The translations under genes and the position numbers were made by a program. A stretch of 64,000 bases of DNA from Macrostomum lignano (Eukaryota): positions 191,347 through 255,346 of the forward strand of contig NIVC01000270.1 of NCBI GenBank assembly GCA_002269645.1. The letters are read 5' to 3'. The notes under the pieces are model-generated. The model did no database searches. It saw only the letters and a list, made by a program, of their open reading frames with translations, and had not been told where the DNA came from. Positions 12,717 through 25,580 of this stretch are shown in pieces; the stretch's first letter is position 1; the number at the start of each line of letters is the position of its first letter.

Positions 12717-13177
12717 CAATTTTTCTATCCAGAGCAATCAGAGACGAGCTAGCTATTCTATTTCTATTCGGAAAAATCTAGGGAAGAGAAAGTAGGGAAT
12801 ACATTACCTATCAGACTAATAGAAGATCAGATAGGAAAACAACATACTCGTAGTTACAAAAAGTAGTCAACTTTATACTTGATATATAAAAACTACAAGT
12901 CCAGGTATCAGTAGAAAATACAAGCAAGTAGAAATGCAATTTCGTGAAAAAGCAGTTAAATTCAATCCTTTTTGTGCTTCGCAAAATAGACATCCAAAAC
13001 ACAGGAGGAAGCATCCATTATAAACCTTTTTCAAATACAATTGCGTCTACACTTTCATAAGCGAACACTGAAAATGCAGTCAATAAAATAACTAACTTTT
13101 CAAGCTTAAAAAACGATTTTTACTCGTATTTTAATCTAAACTGTTAATCACAAGACTTTTAAATTTCAATTTTGTCG

Positions 13178-16100
13178 TTAAAAACCGTCGCTAACGAGAT
13201 CGCAGGGCGGTGACACAACGGTGGGCATGAGCCCCGCCGGTGGCCTGATGACTGCCTGGCCGTGGCCTGGCCGATGGTCGGACTGCTGCTGCAGTTGGTG
13301 GCCAGAGAGAGAGGGAGTTCGTCATTTACTGATACTGCTAACAATACTGGTGCATTACCTTGCTGCCCCAACCCATCCCCTACCCCAACCCACCCCTTCC
13401 CCGACCCACCCCTTCCCCGACCCACCCCTTCCCCAACCCACCCCTTCCCCAACCCATCCCCTACCCCAACTCATCCCTACCCCAACCCATCCCTACCCCA
13501 ACTCATCCCTACCCCAACCCATCCCCTGCCCCAACCCATCCCTACCCCAAACCACCCCTGCCCCAACCCATCCCCTACCCAAACCCATCTCCCTACCCCA
13601 ACCCATCCCTACCCCAACTCATCCCTACCCCAACCCATCCCTACCCCAACCCATCCCTACCCCAACTCATCCCTACCCCAACCCATCCCTACCCCAAACC
13701 ACCCCTGCCCCAACCCATCCCCTACCCAAACCCATCTCCCTACCCCAACCCATCCCTACCCCAACCCATCCCTACCCCAACCCATCCCTACCCCAACTCA
13801 TCCCTACCCCAACCCATCCCCCTGCCCCAACCCATCCCTACCCCAAACCACCCCTGCCCCAACCCATCCCCTACCCAAACCCATCTCCCTACCCCAACCC
13901 ATCCCTACCCCAACTCATCCCTACCCCAACCCATCCCTACCCCAACCCATCCCTACCCCAACTCATCCCTACCCCAACCCATCCCTACCCCAAACCACCC
14001 CTGCCCCAACCCATCCCCTACCCAAACCCATCTCCCTACCCCAACCCACCCCCTACCCCAACCCACCCCCTACCCCAACCCACCCCCTACCCCAACCCAC
14101 CCCTACCCCAACCCCCCCCACCCCATCTCCAGTCAGTCCCAGCTCAAACCTCGGTCTCGCAGCCATCCTCCCCGTCGCCGCCGCCGCCCAGCTGCTTGGC
14201 CTCCTCCTTGGTGCAGGTGGCTGCCCGCGACTCCAAAGCGTTCAGATCTTCTAGCCAGGCCCTGGCCGGGGTCAGCTCGGCCAATTGGCGCAGCCGGCCG
14301 GCGGCTTCATCTCGATCCTGCAGCAGACGCTGCCGACGCTCCAGAGTCAGCGACCACACGGGCATCCGGAGCAGATAGTCGAATTCGTCGCCGCCGTTGA
14401 AATCGTCGGCATTTCGAATCGCGGCGGCCCGGACAGGATCGGGCTCGAACCCGGCGGCCGACAATCGCCGGTTTGTGTCCGACCGGCCGGTAAATCCGGA
14501 CAGGTTTAATCGACCTTCGGCTACGTCTAAAGCGAATCGAGCTTGGTTGCTTAGCAACCGGACTAAAGCGTCGAGTTCGGCGCGTTGATAATCGAGTCGG
14601 CGCCTGTACATGTCCAGCCGGTGGTCGAAGTAGTCGCGCATGATGTCGCTGACCGTCTGGTACCTGGCGGGGATCGGGAAGTTGAGGAATGTTCAAAGAA
14701 ACATTGGATCGCAAATCAGCTCAGCGGCAAACAGTTGCCAGCCGACAGTTGCCAGCTAACATTTGCCAGCCGATAGTTGCCAGCCGACAGTTGCCAGCCG
14801 ATAGTTGCCAGCCGACAGTTGCCAGCTAACAGTTGCCAGCCAAGAGTTGCCAGCCAAGAGTTGCCAGCAAAGAGTTGCCAGCCAACAGTTGCCAGCCAAC
14901 AGTTGCCAGCCAACAGTTGCCAGCCAACAGTTGCCAGCCGACAGTTGCCAGCCAAGAGTTGCCAGCTAACAGTTGCCAGCCAACAGTTGCCAGCCGACAG
15001 TCGCCAGCCAAGAGTTGCCAGCCAACAGTTGCCAGCCGATAGTTGCCAGCCAAGAGTTGCCAGCTAACAGTTGCCAGCCAACAGTTGCCAGCCGACAGTC
15101 AGAAAATCCATTAGCTAATTGCACTAATCTCTTTGTGCCATCCCCATCGGCCCGTGGCACTGACCTGCACATCCGGTCTCCGCTATCTGCCAGCACCATG
15201 GACCCGGTGCTGAACCGGCTACTCAACCGGAAGTACCGGTACAGTCCCATCCGGTTAGCCCTGGCCAGCTGAGACGGGTCCAGTTTAACTAGAAATCGAA
15301 CTCGCCAATCCGAGCAGTAGTTATTGACAGACTCGGCCAGGCTGGCCAGGCTGCAGCCGTACGGCTCGCTCCAGACTCGAACAGGCAGTTCGGTGATTTC
15401 GAATATACCCGTATTAGCGTAGGCTAATAGCCGGCCGTAGGAAACGAACCGGCGACCGTCGGCATGGCAACGATGCGGCCGGTGTGACCGCGAAATGCCG
15501 GCAGCATAGGCAGGGGCTCCGCTGTGCCGCCCTCGCGAAGCATGTGGCGCAGGTTCGCCATCACGTCGGCTAAGGAATGGTTGGGAATGCTGGTGTTCCA
15601 GCCGGTGCCGATGCCTTCGGCTCCGTTCACCACCGCTAGGGGCACCACTGGCGAGTAGCTGCGGGATGGGCGATAAGGAGAGACTTGATCTGACCTGAAC
15701 CATGTCAACCTGACCTGACCCGTGTCCTGACTGACCTGACCCGTGCCTCACTGACCTGACCCGCGTCCACCTGACCTGACCCTAGGCCTGACCCTGTATT
15801 AACATGGCCTGACCTTGTATCAATATGACCTGACCCTGCATTAACATGGCCTGACCCTGTATTAACATGGCCTGACCCTGTATCAATATGACCTGACCCT
15901 GTATCAATATGACCTGACTATGCATTAACATGGCCTGACCCTGTATTAATATGGCCTGACCCTGTATTAATATGGCCTGACCCTGTATTAACATGGCCTG
16001 ACCCTGTATCAATATGACCTGACCCTGTATCAATATGACCTGACCCTGTATCAATATGACCTGACCCTGTATCAATATGACCTGACCCTGTATCAATATG

Positions 16101-19100
16101 GCCTGACCCTGTATCAATATGACCTGACCCTGTATCAATATGACCTGACCCTGTATCAATATGACCTGACCCTGTATCAATATGACCTGACCCTGTATCA
16201 ATATGGCCTGACCCTGTATCAATATGACCTGACCCTGTATTAACATGGCCAGACCCTGTATCAATATGGTCAGACCCTGTATCAACATGGCCTGACTCTA
16301 GGTGAAGTGACCTCATCTAGACCAGAAATGAGAGTCTACCCTTATTAAAAGACAACTATCCACAAGATCCTGCATCCACTAACACACAGGTGACAAACCT
16401 GACAGGTTCAACCCGTTCGCCATCCTCCATCCGATAGTTTAGCAGGGCATCATCGTCAGGATGAAAGATAAGCCGAGCCAGCGGAGACAGGCAGGTGTAA
16501 ATATACCTGGCAGCGGCTGCGTCCTTACCGCCGAGCAATCTGGAGCCGAACTGACCGCCAGGCACTAACAAATTGATATTGTTAGAGCCGGGGAAATTCT
16601 GCGCCATGCCAACTATAGTATTGAATAGGGCTCCATCGCCGTGCCTGTAGGCTGTTAGTTCGGCTACGCTGCCAGCCAGCTGGGGCACTCTGATTGGCTG
16701 GCGTTGGCGGCGCTTGAAACAGGTGTACAATACCTTCCGCTGCGACGGTTTCAAGCCGTCCATTAAGGCCGGTATGGAACGCCGATTATCGGCTAGAGAG
16801 AATTGGACCAGCTCGCGATGGATGAAATCTGAGCAGCTTAACTCGGCATTTGGCGACGATTTGTTGAGCTCTTCTGCCAGAGAGGAGCTTAGAGGGGCAG
16901 CGTCGGACTGATGGTCGCTGTGGGGAAGACACGTTGATTTTGTCGCATGCACAGCCGGCTCTCAGGGATAGAAGGCGAGATAGATTGTGGGATTTCTAGA
17001 ATTTCTAAGAAAATGTACTGATTTCTAGGAAAAACTACTACTGTTTGGAGGAAAAAAAGATTTCTAGCAAAAGCTACAACAATTTCTAAGGAAAAAATAC
17101 TGGGATTTCTAGGAAAATACTGGGATTTCTAGAAAAAAAGCACTGTAATTTCTAGGAAAATACTGAGATTTCTAGGAAAATACTGGGATTTCTAGGAAAA
17201 TACTGGGATTTCTAGGAAAAATACAAGGATTTCTAGGAAAATACTGGGATTTCTAGGAAAATACTGGGATTTCTAGGAAAATACTGGAATTTCTAGGAAA
17301 ATACTGGGATTTCTAGGAAAATACTGGGATTTCTAGGAAAATACTGGAATTTCTAGAAAAAATACAGAGATTTCTAGGAAAATACAGGGATTTCTAGGAA
17401 AATACTGGGATTTCTAGAAAAAAAGCACTGTAATTTCTGATAAAATACTGAGATTTCTAGGAAAATACTGGGATTTCTAGAAAAATACTGGGATTTCTAG
17501 GAAAAATACAAGGATTTCTAGGAAAATACTGGGATTTCTAGGAAAATACAGAGATTTCTAGGAAAATACAGGGATTTCTAGAAAAATACAGGGATTTCTA
17601 GGAAAATACAGGGATTTCTAGAAAAATACAGGGATTTCTAGGAAAATATTGGGATTTTTAAGAAAATTATTGCGATTTCCAAGATAGACGGTGGGATTTC
17701 AAGGATAAACAGTGGCAATCAGATAATGAAATTGAGACAAAATCGGCACTAGTAGTCACACAATGGTGCCAGAATTCTACGAGTACAATACAAGGCCGAA
17801 TTGATCTCCTACTCACTCAGCGGCAGCCTCGGCCAGCCAGGCCTTTCGCGCATCGGCATCGGGTCCGAATGCCAGCACCAGGGCGGCGTCGTCCTGCTCC
17901 CCGCCTTGGCCGGCATCGCGTCGGACAAGCCGGACAGACTGGCCAGAGAACAATCGGACAAAGAAGCGCCTACCCTCGGCGGCAGTGAAACCGCCTAAGC
18001 CTTTGTAATACTTCAAAGACCAGCGCCGCCAGTCTGGCTTAGAGCTAATCCACTTGGCCAGCGAGTCCATGGAATAGAATTCTTCGCTATCCGCTTTCAC
18101 GTCGGCTGGCGGCGTTGCCTTAGCAATCGGCATCACTAATAGGCGCAAAAAATCCCACCTGCTTAGCAATAGTTCCGGCCAGAAGCAGTGCAACAGATTC
18201 AATACTAGGCCTCGGATATGAATGCCGTCCGTGTCCTGATCGGACATGATTAGAATTCGGCGATAGTGCAAACTGGCCAAGTCGGCTTCTGTCTCGTAGC
18301 GTTTGCCAAGCTGCGTGTGCGTGCGTGCGTGGGAATTGAATTATTGACTGTTCCAGCATGTTGCTACTGTTAGTAGCATGGTTGGCATAGGCCTTGGGTA
18401 ATACATAAACAGGATAAATGTATCATTTAGCTATTAGTGACATACTATCATTGATAAAGGACACAGATCCCATGGATAAAGGACACAGATCCCATGGATA
18501 AAAGACACAGATCCCATGGATAAAGGACACAGATCCCATGGATAAAAGACACAGATCCCATGGATAAAGGACACAGATCCCATGGATAAAGGACACAGAT
18601 CCCATGTATAAAGGACACAGATCCCATGGATAAAGGACACAGATCCCATGGGTAAAGGACACAGATCCCATGGGTAAAGGACACAGATCCCATGGATAAA
18701 GGACACAGATCCCATGGATAAAGAACACAGATCCCAGGGGGCATAAATAAAAGACACAGATCCCATGGATAAAGGACACAGGTCCCATGGATAAAGGACA
18801 CAGCCCATAGATAAAGGACACAGATCCCATGGATAAAGGACACAGATCCCATGGATAAAGGACACAGATCCCAGGGGGCATAAATAAAAGACACAGATCC
18901 CATGGATAAAGGACACAGATCCCATGGATAAAGGACACAGATCCCATGGATAAAGGACACAGATCCCAAGGATAAAGGACACAGATCCCATGGATAAAGG
19001 ACACAGATCCCATGGATAAAGGACACACATCCCATGGATAAAGGACACAGATCCCATGGATAAAGGACACAGATCCCATTGATAAAGGACACAGATCCCA

Positions 19101-22100
19101 GGGGGCATAAATAAAAGACACAGATCCCATGGATAAAGGACACAGATCCCATGGGTAAAGGACACAGATCCCATGGATAAAAGACACAGATCCCATGGAT
19201 AAAGGACACAGATCCCATGGGTAAAGGACACAGATCCCATGGATAAAGGACACAGATCCCATGGGTAAAGGACACAGATCCCATGGGTAAAGGACACAGA
19301 TCCCATGGATAAAAGACACAGATCCCATGGATAAAAGACACAGATCCCATGGATAAAGGACACAGATCCCATGGATAAAGGACACAGCCCATAGATAAAG
19401 GACACAGATCCCATGGATAAAGGACACAGATCCCATGGATAAAGGACACAGATCCCATGGGTAAAGGACACAGATCCCATTGATAAAGGACACAGATCCC
19501 AGGGGGCATAAATAAAAGACACAGATCCCATGGATAAAGGACACAGATCCCATGGGTAAAGGACACAGATCCCATGGATAAAAGACACAGATCCCATGGA
19601 TAAAGGACACAGATCCCATGGGTAAAGGACACAGATCCCATGGATAAAGGACACAGATCCCATGGATAAAGGACACAGATCCCATGGATAAAGGACACAG
19701 ATCCCAAGGATAAAGGACACAGATCCCATGGATAAAGGACACAGATCCCATGGATAAAGGACACACATCCCATGGATAAAGGACACAGATCCCATGGATA
19801 AAGGACACAGATCCCATGGGTAAAGGACACAGATCCCATTGATAAAGGACACAGATCCCAGGGGGCATAAATAAAAGACACAGATCCCATGGATAAAGGA
19901 CACAGATCCCATGGATAAAGGACACAAATACCATGGATAAAAGACACAGATCCCATGGATAAAGGACACAGATCTCATGGATAAGACACAGATCCCATGG
20001 ATAAAGGACACAGATCCCATGGATAAAGGACACAGATCCCATGGATAAAGGACACAGATCCCATGGATAAAGGACACAGATCCCATGGATAAAGGACACA
20101 GATCCCATGGATAAAGGACACAGATCCCATGGATAAAAGACACAGATCCCATGGATAAAGGACACAAATGCCATGGATAAAAGACACACACAAGAAAAAA
20201 AATTAAAACCCGATAAAATCCGCATACCTACAAGCCTTACGCCCCCATATTTAAGCTACAGACCAGCAAACAATTCAGCCAAGCAAAAAGCTGGCGCCTC
20301 ACCCGCAGCCCAACAACATCGCACAGCAGTTGCAACAGGCGACTCTCAGCCAGGGCGGTGGGCGCAGCCTCCCTGGCATTGATTAGCTTGCCCTGCAGTG
20401 CCAACACGCCGATCCGATCTCGGCCACCGGGAACCGCAGCCGCTCCGGCCACGGCCAGCGCCTTGGCTGAGTCGCCCTCAGTCAGTACCAGGACGCAGTC
20501 GTTGCCGCGCCCGACGCCTGAAGCTACTAGATTGGCGTGCTGCAGTTTGCCAGCAGCGGCAGCAGCAGCGGCGGCCACCTTAGCACCCGAGGCTGCTGCC
20601 GAAGCTTCAGCCAAAGATTTCTCGCGACTTCTATTCGATGCGGAATCAGCAGCAGCGGCAAGCATGGAGCTGCAAACGGCCTGACCGACGCTGCCCCGCT
20701 TGCCAACGTCGGCCAGAACGCTGATAAAACTGCCGCCTTTGATCAGCTCCTCCGGCACGGCGGCAGCGGCGCCGAATTTCGACGCCGGCAAAGTGAGCCG
20801 GCGCTTCGCCTGCGATTCGAAACTGGGATTGTCAACTCGGCAGCTGCAGAATAGCCAGAGACGCCGGCGAACCTGTCAAGGGGAGAAATGCGAGTTATTG
20901 TTGTCATGGCGCTGTGCATTAATTCGTGCAGAGCTCTACAAGCAATATTTCATGTCGAAAATAAGTACAATAATTTTTTCACTGAATTTGGGCCCTAACT
21001 TGAAGAAAACAGACAGAGGGGGAATAAAATAGGCTGGGATCCCAGAGGAATAATGATGGATTAATGATCAGGGATCCCATTTCCGTAGGAATAAAATTGA
21101 CAGTCACCCAAAAGAAGAAATAAAATGGACAGGAATCCAGGGGGGGGGGGAAAAAAGGACAGGAATCCCAGGGGGGAATAAAATGGACAGGAATCCCAGG
21201 GGGGGGGGGAATAAAATGGACAGGAATACCAGGGGGGAATAAAATGAACAGGAATCCCAGGGGGATGAAATGAAGACAGATCCTAGGGGGAAAGGACAGG
21301 GATCCCAGGGGGGAATAAAATGGACAGGAATCCCAGGGGGGGAAATGGACAGGAATCCCAGGGGGGAATAAAATGGACAGGAATCCCAGGGGGAATATAA
21401 TGGACAGGAATCCCAGGGGGAATAAAATGGACAGGAATCCCAGGGGGAATAAAATGGACAGGAATCCCAGGGGGAATAAAATGGACAGGAATCCCAGGGG
21501 GGATAAAATGGACAGGAATCCCAGGGGGGATAAAATGGACAGGAATCCCAGGGGAAATAAAATTGACAGGAATCCCAGGGGGTGATAAATTGGACAGGAA
21601 TCCCAGGGGGTGATAAAATGGACAGGAATCCCAGGGGGAAATAAAATGGACAGGAATCCCAGGGGAAATAAAATGGACAGGAATCCCAGGGGGTGATAAA
21701 ATGGACAGGAATCCCAGGGGGCGATAAAATGGACAGGAATCCCAGGGGAAATAAAATGGACAGGAATCCCAGGGGGGTGATAAAATGGACAGGAATCCCA
21801 GGGGAAATAAAATTGACAGAAATCCCAGGGGGTGATAAATTGGACAGGAATCCCAGGGGGTGATAAAATGGACAGGAATCCCAGGGGGAAATAAAATGGA
21901 CAGGAATCCCAGGGGAAATAAAATGGACAGGAATCCCAGGGGGTGATAAAATGGACAGGAATCCCAGGGGGTGATAAAATGGACAGGAATCCCAGGGGAA
22001 ATAAAATGGACAGGAATCCCAGGGGGTGATAAATGAAAAGGAATCCCAGGGTCAGGTAAAGTGGCTCGCTTGATGAAGAGTAGATAAATAAAGGTAAATA

Positions 22101-25100
22101 TCAACATGAAGTTAGTTATTTATTTATTTGAGTTGCCGATGCATTTCGTCCATTTGCATTACGACATCGTCAGGGTCTTTTAACTAAACGAAAAACTAAA
22201 CGACACTTATACACGAGGGTCAGAGAGCACTGGCTAAAAAACTCTGCTATTAACGAACACCTGCTAACCTGCAATTCCTGTTGTGAGGCTGAACCACACG
22301 AAATGATAAAGGCTATTGATTTTTGTAATAGAGATCACAGGCTGTGCCTATTAGAAGCCCTGTACATTAAGACCAAACAGCCCACGTTAAATAACCAACT
22401 TGCGATGGGTGGGGCTAGCCGTCAACTCAGAATTTTTTAGCTGATTTGTCAATGACCGGACTGGCTTGAAACTGATATATGCACTTTACCCAACCAATAC
22501 TGTATCAAAAATTTGATTACTATGTACAAGTTTTAAACCATCAATTAAAAACTCAATTCAACTACTCTTGTTACTCTCAACTATCTATATATACTGAATA
22601 TTTGTTCAAATTGTTTCTCAATAAAAAGACCCTGACGATGTCCTAATGCAAATGGACGAAATGCATCGGCAACTCAAATAAATAAATAACTAACTTCATG
22701 TTGATATTTACCTTTATTTATCGAATCCCAGGGTGGGTGAATAAAATGGAAAGGAATCCCAGGGTGGGTGAATAAAATGGAAAGGAATCCCAGGGGTAAT
22801 AAAATGGACAGGAATCCCAGGGGAAATAAGATGGACAGGAATCCCAGGGGGAATAAAATGGACAGGAATCCCAGGGGGAATAAAATGGACAGGAATCCCA
22901 GGGGTAATAAAATGGACAGGAATCCCAGGGGAAATAAAATGGACAGGAATCCCAGGGGAAATAAAATGGACAGGAATCCCAGGGGGGAATAAAATGGACA
23001 GGAATCCCAGGGGAAATAAAATGGACAGGAATCCCAGGGGGAATAAAATGGACAGGAATCCCAGGGGGGGGGATAAAATGGACAGGAATCCCAGGGGGAT
23101 GAAATGAAGACAGATCCCAGGGGAAAGGACAGGGATCCCAGGGGGGGGGGGGGTAAACAACGGACAGAACTGCCACAGGACACATTACTAAAGTGCCTAA
23201 GCTACCTGTGAAGGCTTCACAGCCGGAAAGGCATCGATAAGCCGTCGCCGCCGCTTTCCAAGCGCTGTGGAATTTCTCAGCGAAGCATCGACAGCTTCGG
23301 TCAGCGGCCGCAGCAGCCGGTCGCACAGCAGCTCAACGTGCCGACCGCCAGCCGGAGTTGCTATGGCATTAACAAAGCTCACGTGACGAAACCCGTAATT
23401 AGCGTCGACAAGCTCGTCATTAGAATCGACACCGCCGCCGCCCCCGGACGCGCAGGCGGCCACCAGCCATCGCTGATTGGCGGCGCTAACCAGCAGGCTG
23501 CCAGGCGGAGCGTACATTTCACAGTAGTGCCGGAAACTTCTCACCGGCACCTGTTGGCCGTTAAAGTACACGCGCACTCCCGGGCAGGTGGCGGCCAGAT
23601 CGTAGGCTCTGCGTTGAATCAATGCGACAAGGTCGGCGTCCAGGCTGGTCGACCCGAATCTGGCCAAGTCGGGCTTGAATGTTACTCGGGTGTAGTCTGG
23701 ACCGCCGTTGGCTGCTTGCACCTGCGGCAGGGTGGGATGGGTGTTGGGACAATCTATGGTATAATATAACGGTACAAATTAGCTGCTAAAATCTCGCCTA
23801 GTTATCAGCAAAAATAAACACAAAATCTCGCCTAGTTATCAGCAAAAATAAACACAAAATCTCGCCTAGTTATCAGCAAAAATAAACACAAAATCTCGTC
23901 TAATTATCAGCAACAACAAACACAAACTCTCACCCAGTTATCAGCAAAAATAAACACAAAATCTCACCCAGTTATCAGCAAAAATAAACACAAAATCTCA
24001 CCCAGTTATCAGCAAAAATAAACACAAAATCTCACCCAGTTATCAGCAAAAATAAACACAAAATCTCACCCAGTTATCAGTAAAAATAAACACAAAATCT
24101 CACCTAGTTATCAGCAAAAATAAACACAAAATCTCGCCTAGTTATCAGCAAAAATAAACACAAAATCTCGTCTAATTATCAGCAACAACAAACACAAACT
24201 CTCACCCAGTTATCAGCAAAAATAAACACAAAATCTCACCCAGTTATCAGCAAAAATAAACACAAAATCTCACCCAGTTATCAGCAAAAATAAACACAAA
24301 ATCTCACCCAGTTATCAGCAAAAATAAACACAAAATCTCACCCAGTTATCAGTAAAAATAAACACAAAATCTCACCCAGTTATCAGCAAAAATAAACACA
24401 AAATCTCACTGAAACAAGATATACAATAAACACAAAATCTCACTGAAATAAGCTACAATAAACACAAAATCTCACTGAAAAACGCTACAATAAACAGAAT
24501 ATCACCCAATTATGAGCAACAATAACTCCAAGCGACACTGCAACTCACCGCAGGCTCCCCAGCCACTGTCATATTGTCTCTCCAAGCCTGCCGAAACTCC
24601 AGGCCGGTCTGGCCGCTCCGAGTCTCCACAGAGAACTCCTTGCTAAACACGTTGGCCAGCTTCGCCCCGAATCCGTTCCGCCCACCCGTGGTAGCCTTGA
24701 CCGAGTCGTCGAAATTGCTGGAAGTTAACAGCCGGCCAAATAGCAGGCTAGGCACGTACCGGCTGTCAGGATCGTCAGGGTGTACAGCAACTGGGACGCC
24801 GCGGCCGTTGTTCCAGACTTCCACTGTGCCAGTCGTCGAGTCCACGGCGATGCGAATGTCCTTAGTGCCGGCCGGATCTCGCTGCCAGTTATCCGCCGCG
24901 TTCACAATAATCTCGTCACAGATCCGGTACAGGCCGGGCGAGTAGCACAGCTCACGCTCGGACATCCGATCGCCGCAGCTGTCCGGCCGCAGTGTCCAGG
25001 CCAGCTGTTTGGCCGGCTCGATAGAACCAATGTAGGCGTCCGGGCGCAATAGCATGTGCTCAGTGGGCGACTTCAGCTGGGTTTGGGAGAGCAGGGATAA

Positions 25101-25580
25101 GGGGTGTGTGGGTGTTGTTACAGATAGATAGACTAGCTGACAGACACAGACAGACATACAGACAGACACAGACACTAAGACAGACAGACACTAAGGCACT
25201 AAGACAAACAGACAGACACTAAGACACTAAGACAAACAGACAGAAGGACACTAATACATAGACAGACACTAAGACACACAGATACTGAGACACTAAGACA
25301 AACAGACAGACAGAAAGACATTTTTAAAGGAAACTAAGACTTTAGGACAATTAGACACTAAAACAAACAGACAGACTGCCGCCACGCTTTCACCATAAAA
25401 TATTTCGCTCGCCAGACAAGCGAAAAAATAAAATACACAATACAAACGCACAGCACTCACCTGGTAGACCTGTTCCACTGACCGGAGCTGGCTATCATCG
25501 CTACTGTCCCAGTTGCCAACGCATCCGCCATTGTGCACTCTTCCACCATAGCCAGCGGTGCGGAGACATCCCAGCCGTAG
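13178..25580 (-). CDS. TOP2: DNA topoisomerase II (type IIA), divergent; exons ~25580-25461, 25076-24549, 23721-23206, 20872-20303, 18310-17817, 16917-16399, 15658-15165 (frameshift ~15465), 14663-14150, tentative 13288-13178
   Basis: VYQ|[102 protein letters not shown]…[31 protein letters not shown] (catalytic Tyr) and [10 protein letters not shown]. Internal junctions are GT-AG and in phase. Start codon and last exon are uncertain. Confidence 0.92.
13365..14125 (+). repeat. C-rich minisatellite (~16-bp ACCCCAACCCATCCCT variants), last TOP2 intron
   Basis: Direct inspection; the P/T-rich ORFs here are artefacts. Confidence 0.95.
14730..15100 (+). repeat. 14-bp minisatellite CAGTTGCCAGCCAA, TOP2 intron
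   Basis: Direct inspection. Confidence 0.95.
15690..16290 (+). repeat. 21-bp minisatellite CTGACCCTGTATCAATATGAC preceded by CTGAC-based repeats, TOP2 intron
   Basis: Direct inspection. Confidence 0.95.
16990..17680 (+). repeat. 20-bp minisatellite TTCTAGGAAAATACTGGGAT, TOP2 intron
   Basis: Direct inspection. Confidence 0.95.
18455..20190 (+). repeat. 22-bp minisatellite GATAAAGGACACAGATCCCATG, TOP2 intron
   Basis: Direct inspection; periodic CCCAGGGGGCATAAATAAAAG variant units. Confidence 0.95.
22052..22722 (+). mobile_element. Penelope-like retroelement 3' fragment: GIY-YIG endonuclease remnant flanked by a ~99-bp inverted repeat
   Basis: About 22195-22440 translates as [11 protein letters not shown] / [11 protein letters not shown]…[20 protein letters not shown]…IF* (one frameshift), the typical PLE GIY-YIG C-terminus. 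22083-22181 is the reverse complement of 22624-22722 with one mismatch seen. Confidence 0.85.
22625..22675 (+). ncRNA. Minimal type I hammerhead ribozyme-like motif in the Penelope-like terminal repeat
   Basis: CTGACGA(T)-GTCC-loop-GGAC-GAAA-TGCA-TC at 22632-22667: core boxes, 4-bp stem II, palindromic TGCA stem III and predicted AUC cleavage after 22667. There is one extra nt after A9 and stem I is weak. Confidence 0.6.
23785..24500 (+). repeat. 34-bp minisatellite [37 protein letters not shown]2 intron
   Basis: Direct inspection; a variant unit recurs about 272 bp (8 units) apart. Confidence 0.95.
25135..25380 (+). repeat. GACA/CACTAAGA compound microsatellite, TOP2 intron 1
   Basis: Direct inspection. 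Confidence 0.9.

Larger units (their letters stand above)
21120..23140 (+). repeat. ~27-bp minisatellite AAAATGGACAGGAATCCCAGGGGGAAT, TOP2 intron, interrupted by the Penelope-like insert
   Basis: Direct inspection. Confidence 0.95.

Noticed and set aside
13178-25580. Giant-virus (NCLDV) origin of the short TOP2
   Set aside because: Eight spliceosomal introns, host-like composition and eukaryote-type N-terminal motifs; no neighbouring viral genes. Only a phylogeny could revive the idea.
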